Positions 20,313-29,344 of a stretch of 64,000 bases of DNA are shown here, piece by piece. The notes below the pieces were generated by a model, which was not told where the DNA came from, made no database searches, and saw nothing but the letters and a program-made list of their open reading frames with translations. The position numbers were made by a program, and so were the translations under genes. The DNA comes from an uncultured Alphaproteobacteria bacterium (GTDB lineage: Bacteria > Pseudomonadota > Alphaproteobacteria > Rhizobiales > Xanthobacteraceae): NCBI GenBank assembly GCA_963814625.1, contig CAWFDQ010000008.1, positions 218,902 through 282,901 on the forward strand, written 5' to 3'. Position 1 is the stretch's first letter. The number at the start of each line of letters is the position of its first letter.

Positions 20313-21293
20313 TTGCGGGAGGATCGGATGTCGCGCAAAGCCTGGCTGATTTGCGTTTGGCTCGCCTTGACGGCAATCGCGCCGGCGTCGAATGCCGCGG
20401 CGCAGACCAAGCTTGCGGTGGCGAAAGTCGCCAACGATTTCGCCTTGAGCATGGTGGACTACGGTAACAAACTCGGCACATTCCGGAAGCACGGGCTCGA
20501 CGTCGAGGTCAGCCTCATCACGCAGGCGAAGATGGTCCAAGCGGTCATCGCCGGCAGCATCGACATCGCACTCGCCTCTGGCGCCACGCTCGCCTACGCG
20601 GCCAAGGGCGCACCGCTCACCGGCGTCGCGGCGCTGTCGGGGCCGCCCTCGATTCTGGTGCTCGTGGTCGGTGCGCAGAGCCCGATAAAGTCGCTCGATC
20701 AATTGCGCAATCGCACAGTCGCAGTGACGAACCTGGGCTCGCTTACCGATTGGGCGGTTTCGCAGATCGCGCTGCACGAGAAGTGGCCGCCCTCCGACAT
20801 CAAACGCGTTTCGGTAGGCGACACGCCGGCGCGTATCGCGACGCTGCGCACCGGCGCCGCCGATGCCGCCGTCGTCGACATCGCCACCGCGCTCAATCTC
20901 GAAGAGCGCGGCAAGGCGAGGATTCTCGTCAACTTCGGCGATCTGATCGCCAAATTTCAGAACCAGATCATTTATGCGTCCGACAAGGTGATCAAAAACA
21001 ACCCGAATGCGGTACGCGGCTTTGTCAGCGGCTGGTTGCAAACAGTCGACTACGCTCGCGCCCATAAGAGCGCAACCGTCGCCTTCGCGCAGCAGGAGCT
21101 GGGAATTACGCCGGGAGTAGCCGACCGCGTCTATGACGCGCTGATGCCCGGCGAATTTTTCTCCAAGGACGGGCGCTTCGATCCGGATATCCTCAAGGCG
21201 ATGAGCCAGAACTTCGTCGGCATGAAGCTGCTCGATCGCGGCGTGAATTTGTCGCAATACGTCACGAACCGCTTTCTGCCCGCGGCGCACTGA
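20313..21293 (+). CDS. ABC substrate-binding protein, NitT/TauT (NMT1-like) family, paralogue 4 (intact, orphan); start may be 20328
   Basis: The signal peptide is MSRKAWLICVWLALTAIAPASNAAA. The body is collinear with the three paralogues at 8.6-11.6 kb (GSIDIALASGATLAYAAKGAP…ILVNFGDL…). Confidence 0.88.
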   Translation: MREDRMSRKAWLICVWLALTAIAPASNAAAQTKLAVAKVANDFALSMVDYGNKLGTFRKHGLDVEVSLITQAKMVQAVIAGSIDIALASGATLAYAAKGAPLTGVAALSGPPSILVLVVGAQSPIKSLDQLRNRTVAVTNLGSLTDWAVSQIALHEKWPPSDIKRVSVGDTPARIATLRTGAADAAVVDIATALNLEERGKARILVNFGDLIAKFQNQIIYASDKVIKNNPNAVRGFVSGWLQTVDYARAHKSATVAFAQQELGITPGVADRVYDALMPGEFFSKDGRFDPDILKAMSQNFVGMKLLDRGVNLSQYVTNRFLPAAH

Positions 21294-21380
21294 GGCGGCG
21301 ACAGCCGGTTGAGATCATACGCGTCCTATCGCCGGCGGGCCGTTGAACGATTGGTGCGCGCTCGACACGGCAACGGCACC

Positions 21381-22792
21381 TTATGCCGCGGCCGACTTCG
21401 GCCGATGGCCGCTGACCTCGGCGGCGGCGTCGGGATGCAGCGTCCAGCCGTAAAGCAGGCTCGCGAGCGCGAATAACACGGCGCCGGCGAATGCAACCTT
21501 GAAGTCGAAGGTGCCGAGTGTGGTTGCGCCACGCCAAGTGAGCGACAAGTGCAGCAACACCGCCACCGCGGAAATACCGAAGCCGCGGCTTAATTGCTGT
21601 GTCATGCTGGCGACCGATGTCGCCGTGCTCATCAGCGGCTGGTGCACGTCCGCATAGGTCATCGCTTGCGTGGCCGTGTATTGCAGTGATTGAAAGAAGC
21701 CGACAATGAGCAACAGTACGAAGATCATGTACTCCGGCATTCCGGCGTTGAAGAACGCGCACATGGCAATACCCGCCGTGCTGATAAGGCCGTTGATCAG
21801 GATCACGTTGCGGAAGCCGAAACGGCGAATGATCGGCCGCGCGGTGATCTTCATCGACAGCGAACCGGCGGCGGTGGCAAACGTGATGCTGCCCGAGGCA
21901 AAGGCGGACAGTCCGAACACGATCTGAAGCAGGAGCGGCAACAGAAAGACCAGCGTCCCTGCCCCGGCCCGGAACAGGGAACCGCCGTAGATAGCCGCCT
22001 GGAAAGTGGGAATGCGGAACACCGAAAGATCGAGCAGCGGATGCTCGGCGTTGCGCAAATGCCGCAGCGACAGCGCGCCGAACACGAAGCCGATCACGAG
22101 CAAGCCGATTGCTTCCTCAAGACCGCCGCGACCGCGCCCGATCGCCTCGATGCCGTACATGACGCAGAACGCCGCGGCGCCGGTGAGAAGAAAGCCTGAT
22201 CCAATCGAGCGGGCGCCGGGTGTCTTCTTTCGGGTTATCGAAGAACAGCGTCACCAAGAGTATGCCGAGAAGACCGAGCGGCACGTTGACCAGAAAAATC
22301 CAGCGCCAGGAAAAGTATGTGGTGATGAAGCCGCCGATCGGCGGCCCGAGCACCGGGCCGAGCTGCGCCGGCACCTGCAGATAGGCCATAGTGGCGATCA
22401 GCGCCGTCTTCTCCACGCTGCGGAACAGCACCAGCCGGCCGACCGGCACCATCATGGCACCGCCCAACCCCTGCAGCACGCGCGCCGCAGTCAGCTCGAT
22501 CACATTGCCGGAAAGCCCGCAGAGGATCGAGCCGAGCGTGAACAGCGCAATGGCGGCACGGAAGATGACGCGGCCGCCGAACCGGTCCGCCGCCCAGCCG
22601 CTGATCGGCACGAAGATCGCCAAGCTCAAAAGATACGCGGTGATGGCGAGACTCAATCGCACCGGATCGGCATGCAGCGATATCGCCATCTGCGGCAGCG
22701 CCGTGGTGATCACGGTGGAGTCGATCTGCTGCATGATGATCGCCGATCCGACGATCATGGCGACGACTTTGGGTCTTGGCCTCGGGCGACAT
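21381..22792 (-). pseudogene. MFS transporter, DHA2 (EmrB/QacA-like, 14-TMS) family; 2 frame changes
   Basis: N-terminal pieces 22235-22792 and 22117-22758 give MSPEAKT / KVVAMIVGSAIIMQQIDSTVITTALPQMA…GWAADRFGGR. The C-terminal piece is 21381-22160. Shifts are near 22768 and 22140. Confidence 0.8.
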
Positions 22793-22886
22793 TATCCGCT
22801 GGAACCGTGTTGCGGCGCAGCTATAGCACCCTGCCGCGCACGGTTGGTATTACGCGAAGTCCGGCCTGCCCCGACCGGCGCGACGC

Positions 22887-23246
22887 TTAGGCCGCCAGCA
22901 GCTTGTGCACTTCGTTGACCAGTTCGCGCAGATGGATCGGCTTGGACAGCACCTTGGCGTGCTTGGGCGCGCTCGAATCGGAATTGAGCGCCACCGCCGC
23001 GAAGCCGGTGATGAACATGATCTTGATGTCGGGATCGAGCTCGGCGGCGCGGCGAGCAAGTTCGATGCCGTCCATCTCCGGCATGACGATATCGGTCAGC
23101 AACAGCTCGAACGGCTCCTCGCGCAGCCGCTGATAGGCCGACAGCCCGTTGTCGTAGGAGATCACGTCGAAACCCGCATTCTGCAGCGCCTTGACCAGGA
23201 ACCGCCGCATGTCGACGTCGTCTTCCGCAAGCAGGATTTTGGGCAT
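22887..23246 (-). CDS. cpdR: Single-domain response regulator, CpdR-type
   Basis: The 119-aa product is MPKILLAEDDVDMRRFLVKALQNAGF…LLLTDIVMPEMDGIELARRAAELDPDIKIMFITGFAAVAL…SKPIHLRELVNEV. It is collinear with Caulobacter CpdR as I remember it. Confidence 0.8.
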   Translation of the reverse strand: MPKILLAEDDVDMRRFLVKALQNAGFDVISYDNGLSAYQRLREEPFELLLTDIVMPEMDGIELARRAAELDPDIKIMFITGFAAVALNSDSSAPKHAKVLSKPIHLRELVNEVHKLLAA

Positions 23247-23459
23247 AGCCTTTTCAAATCCGGCTGGCGCCGGCCCCCTTCATTCCATAAGCCGGACGGC
23301 GGGTAAACATGAGGTGAAAGTCGCACACGGCGCGCACGCTTTGTCGAAACAATCCATGAACAACCCTTGGCAAGCCGCGACTCGCTATGGACAACAGCCT
23401 TTGGCGCACGCTAGGGAGCGGTGCCGGGTCGCAAACCCTGAAAGTCCCCACCGGGCGTC

Positions 23460-24348
23460 ATGTCGGAAAGCCAGGACGAATTCGACCCCCCGTTCGAGGC
23501 CATCGAGCCGGCGGAGTGCCGTGGTCCGGTGCTGTTCAATTCCCCGCATAGCGGACGGGTCTATCCGCGCGCCTTCCTGCTCACCTCGCGGCTCGATCTT
23601 CCGACGCTGCGCCGTTCCGAGGATTCCTTCGTCGACGATCTGATCGCCGGCCTGGTGGCGCGCGGCCATCCGATCATGCGCGCGCACTTTCCGCGCTGCT
23701 ATGTCGACGTCAACCGCGAGCCTTACGAGCTCGACCCGCGCATGTTCGACGGGCCGGCTGCCATCATTCGCCAACACCCGCTCGATGCGGGTTGCCGGCG
23801 GGCTGGGCACGGTGGCGCGCGTGGTCGGCGACGCCCAGGAAATCTACGACCAGCGCATGTCGGTCACCGAGGCGCTGCGCCGGATCGACAGTCTCTACAA
23901 GCCTTACCATCGCACGCTGCGGCGGCTGTTCACGCGCCTGCACCGCGATTTCGGCGCCGCGATCCTGGTCGACTGCCACTCCATGCCGTCGACGACCGGC
24001 GGCCGGGACGAGCGCCCGCGCGCCGATCTCGTGATCGGCGACCGCTACGGCACGAGCTGCGTCGGCGTGGTGGCCGAAACGGTCGAACAGACGCTGCGCG
24101 GCTTCGGCTACGCGGTCAGCCGCAACAAGCCTTATGCGGGCGGCTTCATCACCGAGCACTACGGCAATCCGGCGACCGGGCTGCACGCCATTCAGCTCGA
24201 AATCAACCGCGCGCTCTATATGGACGAGTGCCGCTACGAGCGGTCGGCATCGTTCGAGCGGCTGGCAGGCGAATTGGCGGTCCTGGCCGACCGGCTCTCC
24301 GAAATTCCGCTGGAGGAGTTGCGGCCCTATCGCGCGGCGGCAGAGTAG
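23460..24348 (+). pseudogene. N-formylglutamate amidohydrolase family protein; one frame change
   Basis: Pieces 23460- and 23701-24348 join near 23753 (…DPRMFDG / RLPSFANTRSMRVAGGLGTV…). Conserved motifs are LVDCHSMPS and AIQLEINRALYMDE. Confidence 0.78.
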
Positions 24349-24387
24349 TTTTCATGCGCCGCGTCATGCTGGCCGCGATAAGAAGAT

Positions 24388-24487
24388 AAGAAAAAGGGCC
24401 GCTCACATTTCTGGAGCGGCCCAAGTCTAGGGAGGAAACGCCCAAGGAGGGCGACGGTAGCGCGAGGAGAGCCTCTCGCTACCGCAC
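24388..24487 (-). ncRNA. Candidate ~100-nt trans-acting sRNA with two CCUCC (anti-Shine-Dalgarno-like) motifs
   Basis: On the minus strand the elements, in order, are: a sigma70-like promoter; a 13-bp stem-loop (CGGUAGCGAGAGG-cucu-CCUCGCGCUACCG, one mismatch); a small hairpin GCCC-UCCUU-GGGC; the single-stranded GUUUCCUCCCUAGACUU; and a terminator GGGCCGCUC-N9-GAGCGGCCC followed by UUUUUCUU. The only overlapping ORF (24327-24572) looks spurious. Confidence 0.5.
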
Positions 24488-24493
24488 TGCAGC

Positions 24494-24521
24494 AATATAC
24501 ACCGCGTCGCACAAAAAGCAA
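24494..24521 (-). promoter_or_regulatory. Sigma70-type promoter of the candidate sRNA
   Basis: On the minus strand this reads TTGCTT (24521-24516), a 16-nt spacer, then TATATT (24499-24494). Confidence 0.5.
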
Positions 24522-24832
24522 GTGTTGCTGACCTATTGCTTTACCATTTCCCCTGCCTTTTCCCTGCGTCATATGCAGAGCTGCCCTTCCAACTCCGTAA
24601 TAGCGCTTGGCTGGTTCCTTTCACATCGTTGATAACATAATAAATACAGCAGCTTAGAAATTCGCGTCAGGCTTGCTTGGATAAGCGGCAATCGTCATCC
24701 CCAGCTTGGGGCGACCGCTTCCAAGCTATGGTTTTCGGCCTTTCGCGCCGTTGCTGCTTGTTGTGCAGCCTCCGAAAACGAGCGATTGCCGCGGCCGTCA
24801 CTCTTCGCTACTCGACTGCCGAGGTTCATCCG

Positions 24833-25615
24833 ATGTCGGCAATCGATTTCGCAGCCTTCGTGGACGAGTTCGCCGCCGTCTCTGGCGAGACCATCCGGCC
24901 GTTCTTTCGCAGCGCGCTCTCCGTCGAGAACAAGAGCCGCTCCGGCGGCTTCGATCCGGTGACTGCCGCCGACCGCGCTGCCGAAACCGCGATGCGCGCG
25001 CTGATCAAGAAAAGCTTTCCCGCTCACGGCGTCATCGGCGAGGAATTTCCGGCCGAGCAGCCGGACGCCGAGTACGTCTGGATCCTCGATCCGATCGACG
25101 GCACCAAATCCTTCATCTGCGGCATGCCGGCCTGGGGCACGCTGATCGCGCTCACGCGGAATGGCGAGCCGATCTACGGCATGATGCACCAGCCGTTCAC
25201 TCGCGAGCATTTTTCCGGCAACGGTGACGGCGCGCGCTATCGCGGGCCGGCCGGCGAGCGGGCCTTGCAAACGCGCGCCTGCGCGGCGCTCGGCGATGCG
25301 GTCATGCTCACCACCAGTCCGCTCTTGATGAACGAAGCCGACCGGCGATGCTTTGGCCGTGTCGAGCAGGCGGTGCGGCTGTCGCGCTATGGCGGCGACT
25401 GTTACGCCTATTGCGTGCTCGCGGCGGGACATGTCGATCTCATCATCGAGACCGAACTCAAGCCGCACGACGTGCTGGCTCTCATTCCCATCATCGAGGG
25501 CGCCGGCGGCATCATGACCACTTGGGAAAACGGCCGGCCGCATAACGGCGGCCGCATCGTCGCCGCCGGCGACCGCCGCGTGCACGCGCAAGCGATGGAA
25601 CTGTTGAAGGGGTAG
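24833..25615 (+). CDS. hisN: Inositol monophosphatase-family protein, probable histidinol-phosphatase (HisN-type)
   Basis: The internal Met of ORF 24677-25615 is the likely start. IMPase motifs are GEEF…WILDPIDGTKSF and GGDCYAYCVLAAGHVDL. Confidence 0.7.
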   Translation: MSAIDFAAFVDEFAAVSGETIRPFFRSALSVENKSRSGGFDPVTAADRAAETAMRALIKKSFPAHGVIGEEFPAEQPDAEYVWILDPIDGTKSFICGMPAWGTLIALTRNGEPIYGMMHQPFTREHFSGNGDGARYRGPAGERALQTRACAALGDAVMLTTSPLLMNEADRRCFGRVEQAVRLSRYGGDCYAYCVLAAGHVDLIIETELKPHDVLALIPIIEGAGGIMTTWENGRPHNGGRIVAAGDRRVHAQAMELLKG

Positions 25616-25644
25616 CTGAGCGCGCGTTTCCCGCAAACGCGCTT

Positions 25645-26688
25645 TCAATACGATCCCATCCCGGGCACGAAAGCATCGAACGCCGCCCAGAACTGCGCGC
25701 GGAGACGGTCCTGCTCCATGAGCAATTCGTGTTTGGCGCCGACCACGACGAGATGCGAACCGGTACGTAGCTGGCTCGCGAATTCCTCGATCGCGGCATT
25801 CGACACCACGACGTCGAGACCGGCGGACACGATCAGGATCGGCTGGCGAATACGCGAGGCGTAGCTGCGCTCGTGGATCGCGCGCATGGCGCGAAACGCG
25901 GCATCCGCCCAGGCGACCGTCGGACGGCCAAGAGCGAGCAAAGGCTCCGCTTCCAAAATGGCGGCGTTGCGCGCATAGCGCACCGGATCGGAAGTGAGGA
26001 TATTGCCCGCAAAGGGCCGCGTCTCCATCACCATGGCGGCAGCGCCGGGGACGTACATGTCGCCGAATCCTGCCAGGCGCAGCACGCGGACAATCACGGC
26101 CGCAGTCGGCGTGGCCGCGGCGCCAGCAAGCCCAATGAGCGGTGCGATCAGCACCACGCGGTCGAACCAGCGGTGGCCGCGATAAGCGGCGCGGATGAGC
26201 ACAGTCGCGCCGGTGGAATGACCGATAGCGAACAGCGGCGGCGGGCAATCCGGCAGCACGATCTCGCGCATGAAGGTTTCGAGATCGGTGTCATATTCGG
26301 AGAAGTCGCGCACGAATCCTTTCTGGCGATCTTCAAGCGCACGATCGGAAAGACCCTGGCCGCGCCAATCGAGCGCCGCCACCGCAAATCCGCGCGCGCG
26401 CAAGTCGCGTACCGTCTCGAAATACTTTTCGATCCATTCGCCGCGGCCTTGAAAGATGCACACAGTGCCGCGCCGTCCCGCCGGCGGCTGCCAGCGCGCA
26501 AAACGCAGCGAGACGCCGTCGGGCGTCTTCAGAGAGCCGGTGACGAAATTGTCCGGAACCGGATTGGCGGGAATCGAAATGAGTTTTGTTGGCGGCGGTT
26601 GAGGCGAGGCCGCCTCGGTCACGCTCGCCGCCGATGCGTCCTTAACCGATCCGGCCGCATGCGTGTCCCGATCTGATGCTGCAGTCAT
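25645..26688 (-). CDS. Alpha/beta hydrolase (lysophospholipase/monoacylglycerol-lipase-like)
   Basis: This is an intact 347-aa ORF. The nucleophile elbow is GHSTGA. The C-terminus is VVGAKHELLMEQD. Confidence 0.85.
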   Translation of the reverse strand: MTAASDRDTHAAGSVKDASAASVTEAASPQPPPTKLISIPANPVPDNFVTGSLKTPDGVSLRFARWQPPAGRRGTVCIFQGRGEWIEKYFETVRDLRARGFAVAALDWRGQGLSDRALEDRQKGFVRDFSEYDTDLETFMREIVLPDCPPPLFAIGHSTGATVLIRAAYRGHRWFDRVVLIAPLIGLAGAAATPTAAVIVRVLRLAGFGDMYVPGAAAMVMETRPFAGNILTSDPVRYARNAAILEAEPLLALGRPTVAWADAAFRAMRAIHERSYASRIRQPILIVSAGLDVVVSNAAIEEFASQLRTGSHLVVVGAKHELLMEQDRLRAQFWAAFDAFVPGMGSY

Positions 26689-26724
26689 TTCCGACCCGTC
26701 ATAAAATTCCGACCCGTCATAAAA
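26689..26724. repeat. Perfect tandem duplication of an 18-bp unit abutting the hydrolase start codon
   Basis: ttccgacccgtcataaaa occurs twice, at 26689-26706 and 26707-26724. Confidence 0.95.
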
Positions 26725-26785
26725 TCATCCGGCGAGACAATGGGTTGTAGCTCTTGCACCGTGCGCCATCCTTACCCATATCACG

Positions 26786-26873
26786 TTTGCGCAGGCCGTT
26801 GCCGGCTGCGCAATCACAGGCCGGGCCCACTCAGGCAGGCCATCCGCATGTCGCTTCACAAGGAGGATATGCC
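26786..26873 (+). promoter_or_regulatory. ROSE-type RNA thermometer in the 5' UTR of hsp20
   Basis: The promoter is CTTGCA-N17-CCATAT (26753-26781). The first hairpin pairs 26786-26793 with 26806-26813. The final hairpin is CAUGUC(G)CUUC-acaa-GGAGGAUAUG (26847-26871). It pairs the SD GGAGGA (26862-26867) and leaves a single bulged G (26853) opposite it. Confidence 0.6.
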
Positions 26874-27324
26874 ATGCGAACTTTCGATCTAGCCCCCCTT
26901 TATCGTTCCACCGTCGGCTTTGACCGGCTGTTCTCGTTGCTCGACCAAGGCGTCGAGAGCGCTGCGCCCGGTTATCCGCCCTACAATATCGAGCGGACCG
27001 GCGAGAATGCCTACCGCGTGTCGGTGGCGGTTGCCGGCTTCAATGAGCCGGAGCTTTCGGTCGTAGCCAAGGAGAACACGCTCATCATCCGCGGCGAGAA
27101 GAACGCCAAGGACGAGGAGAAGCGCGGCGACGTGCTTTATCAGGGTATCGCGGCCCGCACCTTCGAGCGCGTGTTCCAGCTCGCCGACTTTGTCCAGGTG
27201 AAGGGCGCGAGCCTCGAGAACTGGTCTCCTGCACGTCGATTTGGTGCGCGAGATCCCGGAGGGGAAGAAGCCGCGCACGATCCCGATCAACGGCAAGTCG
27301 ATCGAACAGAAGCAGGCTGCGTAA
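26874..27324 (+). pseudogene. Small heat-shock protein, Hsp20/alpha-crystallin family (IbpA/HspA-like); one frame change
   Basis: The sequence is MRTFDLAPLYRSTVGFDRLFSLLD…PPYNIERTGENAYRVSVAVAGF. Near 27218 an extra base breaks …KGASLEN / GLLHVDLVREIPEGKKPRTIPINGKSIEQKQAA. The stop is at 27322-27324. Confidence 0.85.
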
Positions 27325-27365
27325 GCCAGTTTTGCATCGGCTAAAATTCTGAACGTCTTAAAGGG

Positions 27366-27389
27366 AGCGCCCCGGTTTCCGGGGCGCTT
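27366..27389. terminator. GC-rich hairpin between convergent genes; probable hsp20 terminator
   Basis: AGCGCCCCGG-tttc-CCGGGGCGCT is followed by ttcgattcgttt. Confidence 0.55.
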
Positions 27390-27434
27390 TCGATTCGTTT
27401 ACGCGGCATCGTAAGCGCGCGCCCGCAAGGCCGA

Positions 27435-28211
27435 TTAATCGTTGAACGGTGCAAGCGGCGGTGTCTTGCTCGGCGCAACCGATGGCGCCGGAGCGGCGCC
27501 GGCATTGATGCCGATCGTGTTCGCGCCGGCATGCGGTTGGGCGTTTGCGGAATGCGTGTTCCCGGCGGGTTCCTTCGCCACGCCGGTCTTTTCCGATTTT
27601 TGCGCCGCCAACGCCGCCGGCCGCGGACGAGGCAGCGGCGGCGACGATGAGTGCGCGGCCGCCGCCGGCCGCGCCTTTGCCGGAGCCGTGGCCGGCCGGG
27701 TCAATTCCGTTGGTGCGCCGGCATCGGCAGGCGGCATCTGCGGAGCTGGAGCATCGTATTCGGCCGGCGCGCCATAGGGTGGTGGTGCGTAAGGCGGCGG
27801 GCCGTAGGGTGGCGAAGCATACGGCGGCGGCCCATAGGGTGGCGGCATCATCCCGTACGAATCGGAATCCGCCGGTACGATGCGGGTGACGTCGCGGATG
27901 GCGCCGGTGCGCGCATCGAGCACCACCCGCATCAGGATGCCGCGAAAATCGGTGGCGCGCAGCACGTAGATCGTGCCGTCGCGCAGCGGCGGCGCCAGGG
28001 GATCGAACCCGGCCGCACGCACGGTGCGAAGGATTTCGTAAGACGACACGAAACCGGTCACCGGTTTCGGCGAGGCTTGTACGGGCGGCGGATTTGCGGG
28101 CGTCGGCTGCGCTGTCTGCGCATGCACCGTGGCGGCGGCAACCAGCACGAATACCATAGGGACGGACACGGCTAATGTGCCGACCCCGGATACTCTCACC
28201 CAGACGCCCAT
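27435..28211 (-). CDS. Secreted or membrane-anchored PepSY-like protein with a PPPYG repeat and a Pro/Ala-rich tail
   Basis: It has a signal/anchor (VSVPMVFVLVAAATVHA) and a PepSY-like core (YEILRTVRAAGFDPLAPPLRDGTIYVLRATDFRGILMRVVLDARTGAIRDV). This is followed by PPPYGPPPYASPPYGPPPYAPPPYG. Confidence 0.75.
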   Translation of the reverse strand: MGVWVRVSGVGTLAVSVPMVFVLVAAATVHAQTAQPTPANPPPVQASPKPVTGFVSSYEILRTVRAAGFDPLAPPLRDGTIYVLRATDFRGILMRVVLDARTGAIRDVTRIVPADSDSYGMMPPPYGPPPYASPPYGPPPYAPPPYGAPAEYDAPAPQMPPADAGAPTELTRPATAPAKARPAAAAHSSSPPLPRPRPAALAAQKSEKTGVAKEPAGNTHSANAQPHAGANTIGINAGAAPAPSVAPSKTPPLAPFND

Positions 28212-28300
28212 GCCCCCATCCTCATCGTGCAGTTCGCCCGACCAGCGTCACGACAATGGACAAACCGTCACGCCGAATTAGGGCGGCGCTTTGGCGTAAG

Positions 28301-29344
28301 TCAAAAATTTTCGCACAAGTTCACGAAGCGTTCGATCTCTTCGTCCTGCGTGGCAAACGAGGTGACGAGCCGCGTCAGGACGTGATCGGCGGGGAGCGTC
28401 AGGCCCTCGCTCGGGCGCACATAATAACTCGCGCCGGCGGCCTTGAGCTTGGCGTCGAGCGGGCGCGGCAAGGCGACGAACACCAGATTGGCCTCGACCG
28501 GCCACACCGGCGGCAGCCCCAGCGCCGTGAGTTTCTGCGCCAAGCGGTCGGCCATGGCGTTGGCGTGGCGCGCAAGCGTGAGCCAGAGATCGCCGTCAAG
28601 GTAGGCGGCAAATTGCGCCGCGAGGAAACGATGCTTTGACAGCAGATGACCGGCGCGCTTGCGCCGCTCGCCAAAGAATTTGGCCTGCCCGGGATCGAAG
28701 ATCACAACCGCCTCGGCCGCCAGGGCGCCGCCCTTGGTGGCGCCGAACGACAGGACATCGATGCCCGACTGCCAGGTCATCTGTGCCGGCGTGGCGTTGA
28801 GCCGAACGAGCGCATTGGCGAAGCGCGCGCCATCCATGTGTACGGCGAGCGCGCGCTTTTTCGCGACGTCGCAGAGCGCCGCGATCTGGTCGACGCGATA
28901 GATGGTGCCGGCCTCACTCGCTTGGGTCAGCGAAAGCGCGGAAGCGACCATCTGGTGAGGCGAATGGCCGCCATAGCCGGCAAGCGCGGTTTGCAGCGTT
29001 TGCGGCACGATCTTGCCGCCGTCGCCGGAAAGCACGGCGAGCTTGAGGCCGCCGCCGAAAAACTCGGGCGCCCCGCATTCGTCAGTGGCGATGTGGGAGT
29101 CGGCGTGACAGAACACGACGCCCCACGGCGGCGTGATGTGCGCCAGCGCCAGCGCATTGGCCGCGGTCCCGGTCGGCACCAGGAAGGCAGCTACCTCGCG
29201 CTCGAAGATTTCGCAAAGACGCCGCTCGACGCCGGATGTCCAATCGTCGTTGCCGTAGCCGCGGGCATAGCCCGCGTTTGCCTTCGCGATTGCATCAAGA
29301 ATGGCGGGCGCGACCGGTGCGGTGTTGTCGCTGGCAAAATTCAT
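28301..29344 (-). CDS. ltaE: Low-specificity L-threonine aldolase (PLP, beta-eliminating lyase family)
   Basis: This is an intact 347-aa ORF. It contains MNFASDNTAPVAPAILDAI…, PTGTAANALALA and SFGATKGGALAAEAVV (the PLP Lys region). Confidence 0.8.
   Translation of the reverse strand: MNFASDNTAPVAPAILDAIAKANAGYARGYGNDDWTSGVERRLCEIFEREVAAFLVPTGTAANALALAHITPPWGVVFCHADSHIATDECGAPEFFGGGLKLAVLSGDGGKIVPQTLQTALAGYGGHSPHQMVASALSLTQASEAGTIYRVDQIAALCDVAKKRALAVHMDGARFANALVRLNATPAQMTWQSGIDVLSFGATKGGALAAEAVVIFDPGQAKFFGERRKRAGHLLSKHRFLAAQFAAYLDGDLWLTLARHANAMADRLAQKLTALGLPPVWPVEANLVFVALPRPLDAKLKAAGASYYVRPSEGLTLPADHVLTRLVTSFATQDEEIERFVNLCENF

Noticed and set aside
24640-24675. TTAGAAATTC within an AT-rich stretch upstream of hisN, considered as an iron-control (ICE, Irr-type) element.
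   Set aside because: Only one half-site resembles the TTTAGAA-N3-TTCTAAA consensus as I remember it. The second half is absent.
27985-28015. A tRNA-like T-arm sequence on the minus strand (GGGTTCGATCCCC).
   Set aside because: It lies inside the well-supported PepSY-domain coding region, where it encodes AAGFDPLAPP. No matching acceptor, D or anticodon arms can be built around it.
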